This document shows positions 28,046-37,665 of a stretch of DNA of 64,000 nt, one piece after another; the stretch's first letter is position 1, and each line of letters starts with the position of its first letter. This DNA is from Phenylobacterium sp. Lineage in GTDB: Bacteria; Pseudomonadota; Alphaproteobacteria; Caulobacterales; Caulobacteraceae. Made by a program: the position numbers and the translations under genes. Under the pieces are notes generated by a model. That model searched no databases, was not told the origin of the DNA, and saw only the letters and a list, made by a program, of their open reading frames with translations. The stretch spans positions 3,839 to 67,838 of the forward strand of contig NZ_JANMBF010000116.1 of assembly GCF_031360265.1 (NCBI RefSeq). Direction: 5' to 3'.

Positions 28046-30090
28046 TGAGCGCGCCCGCCCCCGGCCTCGGCGACATCCTCTTCACGCTTCCCGCCGATGC
28101 TCGTCTGGTGCCGGTTCGCGAGCTCTCGCCGCGCCTGCAGGCCCGGATCGGACCCGTCGATCCTGGGCAGGTGGTGGTCAGCCGGCCGGGCTTTCGCGTG
28201 ACCACCCGGCTGGTGACTCCCGAACTCGCGCGCCTGATGGCCGAGTTTCGCGCGCCCCGGCGTCTTGTGGACGCGGTGCTGCGGTTCAGCCGGGATGAGG
28301 CGCGCGATCCGTTCGCCACGCTCGACGACGCCTTCGGGGCCCTGGCGACCCTGATCGACGGGCGGGTTCTGGTCCCGGCGGATTCGCCGGAGGCCCAGGG
28401 TCTGCCGCCCAGCCTGGCGGCAGGCCAGGCGCTTGCCGGCTATGAGGTGGAGGCCCTGGTGCAGGCGCTGGAGGACAGCGAAGTCTATCGCGCCCTGTCG
28501 GCGCGGGGTCAGCCGGTGGCGCTGAAGGTCGCGCGCGCCGGCGCGCGTTCGGCGCTGGCGCATGAAGCCCGGGTGCTCGCGCATCTGGGCGGCGGCGACA
28601 CGCCGCGGCTGATCGAGGCGGGTGAGGCCGGCGGGCGGCCGTTCCTGGCGATGGCGTGGCGGCCGGGCGTGTCGGTGGCGTTCGCGGCCCAGCGGATGCG
28701 GGCCTCTGGAGACAGGCCGCGCGCGCGGCGGATGGTGGCCGCCCTCCTCGCCGCCTACGGTCGGTTGCATGCCAAGGGCGTCATCCACGGCGACATTCAC
28801 CCGGGCAACATCCTGATCGACGAGGCGGGACGGGTGACCCTGCTCGATTTCGGCCGGGCCCGGCTCGACGCGGCGGAAGGCGCCGATCCCGCGCGGGCGG
28901 GGATCGCCCACTTCTATGAGCCGGAGATGGCGCGGGCCTTGTTGGTCGGGCAGACGCCGCCGGCGTCGACCGCCCGATCCGAGCAATATGCCCTGGCCTC
29001 GCTCGGCTATTTCCTGCTGACCGGCCTGCATCCCGTCGATCCCTCGGCGGAACATCGGGAGCTGCTGGCAAGGATCGTCACGCGGCCGCCACTGCCGTTC
29101 ACAGCGCGCGGCGTGGCCGCCTGGCCGGGGGTGGAGCGGGTGCTGGCGACAGCGCTGTCGAAAGACCCGGCGGAGCGTTTCCCCGACGTTGGCGCGTTCG
29201 CCGCCGCCTTCGCCGCGGCGCCGCCCGCCCGACCTTGGCCGCGCGCGCCCCTGGCCGCGGCAAACCTGCTGGAAGCGGCGCTCGAGCGTGTGCTGCGCGG
29301 GTGGCAGGTCGAGACGTCCGTTGATGCCTTGCCGTTGGCCTGGCTTGCCCTGCGCGCGGCGCTTGGCCGCGGCGACGGTGACCTGCTGGCCGCCGCCGAC
29401 CTGTGGGCGAGCCGCGCCGGCCCGGGCTGGACCGCGGCCGCCGTCCGCGCCGAGGTCGCCCGCGCCCGCTGCGACAGCGCCGCCGAGACCGAGGCGATCA
29501 CCGCCTTCATGGCCGCGGCGGATCGGGCGGACGGACCCGCCCCCCTGCTGGCGGCGGCACGGCTGTTGGACGGCGGCGCCTATCGGGAGGCAGACGCCGC
29601 ACCGCTGGCGGGCTGGGCCGTCCGGCGGCTTGACCGGCTGCGGGCGGCCGATCCCGCGCCGGCGACCCTGGCCCAGGCGACGCTGGCGCTCAGTCAGGCC
29701 GGCGTCGCACCCTTGCCAGACGGACTGTGCGCGCAATTGGACGCCTTGCCGCGGGCGGCCGGAGACGTCTGGCTGTGGGGGCTCGCCCACGGCGCCTTCG
29801 CCGAGCCGCGCTATGCCGAGCGCGCGCTCGAGGCGGCGCGTCGGACGCGCGACGGGCTGGCGCGATTGCGGGCCTACCAGCTGACCGGCGACCGGCGCAG
29901 TTACGCCGCCGCGCGGCGCGGCGCCTATGCCGCCGCCCGGCGAGCGCCAGCGGCGGATGATCCGGGGATCCTGGAAACGGCTTTGCTGCTGCTGGAGCTG
30001 GTAGCCCCACAGCGGGTCATCAGGCCGCCGTTCGAACTCTGGATCGGGAGGCCCCTCGTCCCGCCTACCGCCCCGCCGGCATGTCCTTGA
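28045..30090 (+). CDS. RRE-like domain + Ser/Thr kinase + degenerate LanC-like domain fusion
   Basis: VALK (K161), E174, HGDIHPGN, DFG, YEPE, DPAERF; C-terminal WGLAH..EPRY and LRAYQLTGD resemble LanC barrel helices, but no WCxG/CHG. Confidence 0.8.
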   Translation: MSAPAPGLGDILFTLPADARLVPVRELSPRLQARIGPVDPGQVVVSRPGFRVTTRLVTPELARLMAEFRAPRRLVDAVLRFSRDEARDPFATLDDAFGALATLIDGRVLVPADSPEAQGLPPSLAAGQALAGYEVEALVQALEDSEVYRALSARGQPVALKVARAGARSALAHEARVLAHLGGGDTPRLIEAGEAGGRPFLAMAWRPGVSVAFAAQRMRASGDRPRARRMVAALLAAYGRLHAKGVIHGDIHPGNILIDEAGRVTLLDFGRARLDAAEGADPARAGIAHFYEPEMARALLVGQTPPASTARSEQYALASLGYFLLTGLHPVDPSAEHRELLARIVTRPPLPFTARGVAAWPGVERVLATALSKDPAERFPDVGAFAAAFAAAPPARPWPRAPLAAANLLEAALERVLRGWQVETSVDALPLAWLALRAALGRGDGDLLAAADLWASRAGPGWTAAAVRAEVARARCDSAAETEAITAFMAAADRADGPAPLLAAARLLDGGAYREADAAPLAGWAVRRLDRLRAADPAPATLAQATLALSQAGVAPLPDGLCAQLDALPRAAGDVWLWGLAHGAFAEPRYAERALEAARRTRDGLARLRAYQLTGDRRSYAAARRGAYAAARRAPAADDPGILETALLLLELVAPQRVIRPPFELWIGRPLVPPTAPPACP

Positions 30091-31306
30091 AGGCCACGTC
30101 CTTGTCGACGCGGATGTCGCCCGGCAGGCCCAGGACGCGCTCGGCGATGATGTTCTTGAGGATCTCGTCGGTGCCGCCGGCGATCCGCAGGCCCGGCGCG
30201 AACATCACCGAGCTCTGGAACGCCCCCTTCAGCGGCGCCAGGTCAGGGTCGTCGAGGATGCCGAACTGATCCAGCATCTCCAGCGCCTCGTTGCCCAGCT
30301 CCTGCATCTGCACCGCCGAGACGATCTTGCCGATCGAGCTTTCCGGCCCCGGCGTCTGGCCGCGCGAGAGCGCGGTCATGGTGCGGTTGCGGGTGTGCTT
30401 CAGCCCCTCGGCCCGGACATACCAGTCGGCCAGCTTCTCGCGCAGGGCCTGGTCCTTGATCGCCGGGGCGCCGTCAAAGCCGGCGACATTGCGCGCGGCC
30501 TCCATGAACTCCGCCCAGCCCGCGCCGGTCGCCCCGCCCACCGCCAGCCGCTCGTTCATCAGGGTGACCAGGCTGACCTTCCAGCCGTCGTCCACCGCGC
30601 CCAACCGCTGGCTGTCCTTGACCCGCACGCCCTCGAAGAACACCTCGTTGAAGCCCGAACCGCCCGACATCTGGTGGATCGGCTTCACCTCGACGCCGGG
30701 ATCGTGCATGTCGATCCAGAACATCGTCAGGCCCTTGTGCTTGGGCGCGTCGGGGTTGGTCCGGCAGATGACGATGCCGTAGTCGGAGAACTGAGCCCCC
30801 GTGGTCCACACCTTTTGGCCCGAGATCAGCCAGTCGCCGGAGCCATCGGGCGCGCGCACCGCCTTGGTGCGCGCCGCGGCCACGTCCGAGCCGCCGGAAG
30901 GCTCGGAGAACAGCTGGCACCAGATCTCCTCGCCGCGCAGGGCCGGGCCCACGAAGCGATCTTTGGTGCCCTGGTCGGCGAAGGTCGCCACGGTCGGCAC
31001 GCACATGCCCAGGCCGATCTGGAACGGGTTCGGCGGAATCGGATATTTCGCCTCCTCGGCGGCGAAGATCACGCTCTGGATCGGATTGCCGCCCTGCCCG
31101 CCCCATTCCTTGGGCCAGGTGATGCAGGCGTAGCCGGCCGCGGCCTTGCTCGCCTGCCAGGCCTTGGACGCAGCCATGGAGCCTGCGCCTTCGCCGTCCC
31201 CATCGCCGTCGGCGACGGGCGGGCGCCGGGGCGCATTGGCCTCCAGCCAGGTCCGCACCTGGGCGCGGTAGGCGGCTTCCTCGGGGCTGTCGTTGAAGTC
31301 CATCAC
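30065..31306 (-). CDS. Acyl-CoA dehydrogenase family protein
   Basis: WCQLFSEPSGGSD, GQKVWTT, FNEVFF, IAGGTDEILKNIIAER. Confidence 0.92.
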   Translation of the reverse strand: MMDFNDSPEEAAYRAQVRTWLEANAPRRPPVADGDGDGEGAGSMAASKAWQASKAAAGYACITWPKEWGGQGGNPIQSVIFAAEEAKYPIPPNPFQIGLGMCVPTVATFADQGTKDRFVGPALRGEEIWCQLFSEPSGGSDVAAARTKAVRAPDGSGDWLISGQKVWTTGAQFSDYGIVICRTNPDAPKHKGLTMFWIDMHDPGVEVKPIHQMSGGSGFNEVFFEGVRVKDSQRLGAVDDGWKVSLVTLMNERLAVGGATGAGWAEFMEAARNVAGFDGAPAIKDQALREKLADWYVRAEGLKHTRNRTMTALSRGQTPGPESSIGKIVSAVQMQELGNEALEMLDQFGILDDPDLAPLKGAFQSSVMFAPGLRIAGGTDEILKNIIAERVLGLPGDIRVDKDVAFKDMPAGR

Positions 31307-31348
31307 TCAGCTCCTGGGCTGAAAGTTCCCATTGAAATTATTATGGAA

Positions 31349-31470
31349 CGTCATGGCCCGGCTTGTCCGGGCCACCCATGATCTCCCTGCCGACGGCGAG
31401 GCTCGGCGGTGCTGTATTCCATCCTGTATCGCGGAGATCATGGGTCCCCCGGACAAGCCGGGGGATGACG
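31349..31470. repeat. REP-like palindromic repeat (GTCATGGCCCGGCTTGTCCGGGCCA type)
   Basis: Arms CGTCATGGCCCGGCTTGTCCGGGCCACCCATGATCTCC and GGAGATCATGGGTCCCCCGGACAAGCCGGGGGATGACG are near reverse complements. Confidence 0.85.
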
Positions 31471-31499
31471 ACAAGAGGGGTTGTTCGAGCCATCGTCCT

Positions 31500-32615
31500 T
31501 CAGGCCGCGTTGCGCCGTTCGAGCTGGCTGACCAGCCGTTCCTTCCAGACCCGGGGCGCGCCGGCCACCAGGCTGAGCTGGCGCGAGCGCCGGTAGTAGA
31601 GGTGACAGTCCACCTCCCAGGTGAAGCCGATGCCGCCGTGGGTCTGGATGCTTTCCTTCGAGGCGAACCAGAACGCTTCGGACGCGGCGATCCGCGCCGC
31701 GCTGGCCGCCACCGGCAGTTCGGGCGCGGCGGTGTTGAGAGCCCAGGCGCCATAGTAGGCGTTGGACCGCGCCAGCTCGTTCTTCACATAGATGTCGGCC
31801 AGCTTGTGCTTGATCGCCTGGTACGAGGCGATGACGCGGCCGAAGGCGAAGCGTTCCAGGGCATAGGCCTTGGCCATCTCCAGGCACTTGTCGGCGCCGC
31901 CGCACTGTTCGAAGGCCAGCAGCACCGCGGCGCGGTCGAGAATCTGTTCCAGCAGGGCGAAGCCCTCGCCGGCGGGTCCCAGCCGCCTGGCCGGGGCCTC
32001 CTTGAAGGTCAGCCGGGCGGCGTCGCGGGTCGGATCAAGCGTCTTCAGTGGCTCGCGGGTGACGCCGGCGCCGTTCAGATCGACCAGGAACAGGCCCGCC
32101 TGGCCGTTTTCCTTGGCCAGCACGAGGCACAGGTCGGCGATGTCGCCGTCGGTCACCGGCAGCTTCACCCCGGTCAGCCTGCCGCCGCTGACGCTGGCCA
32201 GCAAGGCGCCGGGCGTCAGCACGCCGGGCCCCTCGGAGGTGGCCAGCGCGCCGATCAGTTCGCCTGTGGCGATCTTCGGCAGGATCTCGGCCTTCTGCGC
32301 CGCGCTACCGGCCAGCATCACCGCCTCGGCCAGGACATAGACCGTCGAGGCGAACGGGATCGGCGCGACGGCGCGGCCCAGCTCCTCGGCGATCACACAG
32401 AGTTCCAGGTGGCCCAGCCCCAGGCCGCCGTGCTCCTCCGGGATCGCCGCGCCCAGCCAGCCCTGGCCCGCCACCGCCTTCCACAAGGCCGCGTCATAGG
32501 CGGTCGCTGGGTCATCGAGCACGCAGCGCACCCGGACCGTCGGACAGTTGGCGTCAAGAAACCTGCGGGCCTCGGACTTGAGCGACTTCTGGTCGTCGGA
32601 AAAGTCGAAATTCAT
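31500..32615 (-). CDS. Acyl-CoA dehydrogenase family protein (partner subunit type)
   Basis: MNFDFSDDQ, RFAFGRVIASYQAIKHKLAD, QTHGGIGFTWE; ATG at 32615. Confidence 0.92.
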   Translation of the reverse strand: MNFDFSDDQKSLKSEARRFLDANCPTVRVRCVLDDPATAYDAALWKAVAGQGWLGAAIPEEHGGLGLGHLELCVIAEELGRAVAPIPFASTVYVLAEAVMLAGSAAQKAEILPKIATGELIGALATSEGPGVLTPGALLASVSGGRLTGVKLPVTDGDIADLCLVLAKENGQAGLFLVDLNGAGVTREPLKTLDPTRDAARLTFKEAPARRLGPAGEGFALLEQILDRAAVLLAFEQCGGADKCLEMAKAYALERFAFGRVIASYQAIKHKLADIYVKNELARSNAYYGAWALNTAAPELPVAASAARIAASEAFWFASKESIQTHGGIGFTWEVDCHLYYRRSRQLSLVAGAPRVWKERLVSQLERRNAA

Positions 32616-32784
32616 GCGCCACCCATCCCGCCGACTGTCGCGGCTTTGCGAGGTTTCCCCTGGGATACCATACGCGCACACGCGGAGGTGGAAAGTGTGA
32701 CCTCGCGTCAAACGTGCGGCCGTCCTCAAAAGCCGGTCCATGAACCGATCCCCGGGCTTTGCGCGAGCGCGGCCGAATGACTAG

Positions 32785-35424
32785 ATGGCGCCCATGCGCA
32801 CCGACACCCCCCAGCCGATCCGGCTCGTCGACTATCAACCACCGGGCTTCCTGATTGACGAGGTCCAGCTGACCTTCGACCTGCGGCCCACAGCCACGCG
32901 GGTGAAGGCCCGGATGACGGTCCGCCGCAATGGCGAGCACACCGAGCCGCTGAGCTTCAACGGCGAGCGGCTGACGCCGATCTCCGTGTCCATCGACGGG
33001 CGCGTGCTGGCGCCGGGCGAGCGCGTGATCGACGGGGAAACCCTGGTCATCGCCGGCGTCCCCGACGCCTTCGTGCTGGAAACCGAGGTCGAGATCGACC
33101 CGCAGGCCAACACGGCGCTGGACGGGCTCTACATGTCGGGCGGCCGGTTCTGCACCCAGTGCGAAGCCGAGGGCTTCCGCAAAATCACCTTCTGGCCCGA
33201 CCGCCCCGACGTGCTGTCGCGCTTCACGGTGCGGATCGAGGCGGACGCGGGCCTCCACCGCCTGCTCTCCAACGGCAACCTGATGCAGAGCGGGCCCCTG
33301 CCGGGCGGCCGCCATTTCGCCGTCTGGAACGACCCCTTCCCTAAACCCTGCTACCTGTTCGCCCTGGTGGCCGGCGAGCTGGACGTGCTGGAAGACACGC
33401 TGGTGACGATGACCGGCCGCACCGTCGACCTGCGGATCTACGTCGATCCCGGCATGGCGCCGCGCGCCGCCTACGCCATGGACGCCCTGAAGCGCTCGAT
33501 GAAATGGGATGAGGCGACCTTCGGCCGCGAGTACGACCTGGACCTGTTCATGATCGTCGCCGTGCGCGACTTCAACTTCGGGGCGATGGAGAACAAGGGG
33601 CTGAACATCTTCAATTCATCCCTGTTGCTGGCCGACCCGGCCACCGCCACCGACCTGGATTTCGAGCGCATCGAGAGCGTCGTGGCCCACGAGTATTTCC
33701 ACAACTGGACCGGCGACCGGATCACCTGCCGCGACTGGTTCCAGCTGTGCCTCAAGGAGGGCCTGACGGTCTTTCGCGACCAGAGCTTCTCGGCCGACCA
33801 GCGCGGCCACGCCGTCCAGCGGATCAAGGACGTCAAGGCGCTGCGCGCGCGCCAGTTCGCCGAGGACCAGGGGCCGCTGGCCCATCCCGTGCGGCCCTCG
33901 AGCTATCTGAAGATCGACAACTTCTACACCGCGACCATCTACGACAAGGGTGCGGAGGTGATCCGCATGCTGAAGACCCTGATCGGACCCGAAGCGTTCC
34001 GCGCCGGCATGGATCTCTATTTCGAGCGCTGGGATGGCCACGCCACCACGGTGGAGGAATTCATCCGCTGCTTCGCCGAGGTTAGCGACCAGGACCTGAC
34101 CGCCTTCTTCGCCTGGTACGAGCAGGCCGGCACGCCGCAAGTCAGCCTGACCAGCCGCTATGACGCCGAGCGCCGCGAACTCGAGCTCGAGCTTGTGCAG
34201 GCGACGGCCGCGACCCCGGGCCAGCCCTCCAAACGGCCGCTGCCGATCCCGGTGATCGTCGGCCTGCTGGACGCCGACGGCCGCAGCCAGGCCTTCCTTC
34301 GCGATGGCGTGGCCCTTGACGAGACGGTCGTGGTGCTGAGCGGCGAGCGGACCACGCTCACGCTCACCGGCATCGACGAACGCCCGGTGGTCTCCGCGCT
34401 GCGCGGCTTCTCAGCGCCGGTGAAGCTGACCAGCAACGCCGAGGCGCGCGACCGCTATGTGCTGCTGGCCGGCGACCCGGACCTGTTCAACCGCTGGGAG
34501 TCCGGGCAGGAGCTGGCCCGCGCCCTGATCCTCGGCCGGGCCGGAGGCCAGCCCGACGAGGTCGGCGAGGAACGCTACGCCGAGGCGGTGGGCCGCGCGC
34601 TCGCCGACCAGGCCGCCGACCCCGCGTTCAAGGCCCTGCTGCTCAACCTGCCGTCCGAATCCGACCTGGCGCTGGCCATGAGCCCGGCCGATCCCGCCGC
34701 CCTGCACGCGGGCCGCGAAGCGCTGCGGACGCGTCTGGCCGTGCACCTGGCCGATGACCTGAAGCGCCTGCACGCCGGCCTGCAGGAGGCCGGCGAGTTC
34801 TCGCCCGACGCCGCCGGCGCGGGGCGGCGCGCGCTGCGCAACGCCGCCCTCGACCTGATGGCCGCCAATCCGCGATCGGAAGTCGGCGAACTGGCCTGGG
34901 GCCACTATCAGGCCGCCGCCAACATGACCGACGCCATGGGCGGGCTCTCCGCCCTGACCCTGATCGGCGGCGATCTCTACGAGAAAGCCCTGGCCGACTT
35001 CTACGAACGCTGGAAAGCCGAGCCCCAGGTGATCGACAAATGGTTCGCCGCGCAGGCCCGCGACCCTGACGAAGGCGCCCTTGGCCGAATTCTGGGTCTG
35101 ACCGCTCATCCGGCCTTCGAGGCGCGAAATCCCAACCGGCTGCGGGCGCTGGTCTCGACCTTCGCCAGCTTCAACCCGGTCCGCTTCCATGATCCCAGCG
35201 GGGTCGGCTACCGTTTCCTCGCCGACCAGATCCTGGCGGTCGACGCCGGCAATCCGATGACCGCGGCGCGGCTGGTCGAGCCGCTTGGCGGCTGGCGTCG
35301 CTACCGACCGGACCTGGGCGGCCTGATGAAGGGTCAGCTCGAGCGGATCCTGGCCGCGCCCGGCCTCTCCAAAAACGTCTTCGAACTGGTCAGCCGCGCC
35401 CTGGCCGACGACGCGGCAACCTGA
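32785..35424 (+). CDS. pepN: Aminopeptidase N
   Basis: TQCEAEGFR, GAMENKGLN, HEYFHNWTG, NPNRLRAL. Confidence 0.96.
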   Translation: MAPMRTDTPQPIRLVDYQPPGFLIDEVQLTFDLRPTATRVKARMTVRRNGEHTEPLSFNGERLTPISVSIDGRVLAPGERVIDGETLVIAGVPDAFVLETEVEIDPQANTALDGLYMSGGRFCTQCEAEGFRKITFWPDRPDVLSRFTVRIEADAGLHRLLSNGNLMQSGPLPGGRHFAVWNDPFPKPCYLFALVAGELDVLEDTLVTMTGRTVDLRIYVDPGMAPRAAYAMDALKRSMKWDEATFGREYDLDLFMIVAVRDFNFGAMENKGLNIFNSSLLLADPATATDLDFERIESVVAHEYFHNWTGDRITCRDWFQLCLKEGLTVFRDQSFSADQRGHAVQRIKDVKALRARQFAEDQGPLAHPVRPSSYLKIDNFYTATIYDKGAEVIRMLKTLIGPEAFRAGMDLYFERWDGHATTVEEFIRCFAEVSDQDLTAFFAWYEQAGTPQVSLTSRYDAERRELELELVQATAATPGQPSKRPLPIPVIVGLLDADGRSQAFLRDGVALDETVVVLSGERTTLTLTGIDERPVVSALRGFSAPVKLTSNAEARDRYVLLAGDPDLFNRWESGQELARALILGRAGGQPDEVGEERYAEAVGRALADQAADPAFKALLLNLPSESDLALAMSPADPAALHAGREALRTRLAVHLADDLKRLHAGLQEAGEFSPDAAGAGRRALRNAALDLMAANPRSEVGELAWGHYQAAANMTDAMGGLSALTLIGGDLYEKALADFYERWKAEPQVIDKWFAAQARDPDEGALGRILGLTAHPAFEARNPNRLRALVSTFASFNPVRFHDPSGVGYRFLADQILAVDAGNPMTAARLVEPLGGWRRYRPDLGGLMKGQLERILAAPGLSKNVFELVSRALADDAAT

Positions 35425-35504
35425 CGCCACGCCAGCCTGTTCGCCGCCGAATGACGTGACGTCGTTTACGCTTCGCGAGTAGACTCCGCGTCTTCAGGGG
35501 TGAT

Positions 35505-37394
<1,890 letters not shown>

Positions 37395-37399
37395 CTGGC

Positions 37400-37665
37400 G
37401 TGACCGACCCAGCCAGATCCTCTCTCGGGCGAGTCGAGATCGTCGATTTTAGCCCAGGCTGGCCGGACGCTTCAGAGCCGAACACGACCTGATACGATCG
37501 TTGACGGACGCCCCGTTCATAGAGCTTGAGCATTTTGGCAGCACTGCCGAACCGATGCTCCGCGCCAAGCCGAACATCGACCTGATGGCCTCGGTCGCCC
37601 GGTTGGAGGAGGCCGAGACCGCGGCCTCGCGCCGGAGACTTGCTGGGACGAGTAGGTCGCGTCGC
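37400..37665 (+). pseudogene. GrpB (UPF0157) family remnant
   Basis: VEIVDFSPGWP in one frame ending in a stop, then IELEHFGSTAEPMLRAKPNIDLMASV in another frame; no recognisable C-terminal half. Confidence 0.65.
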
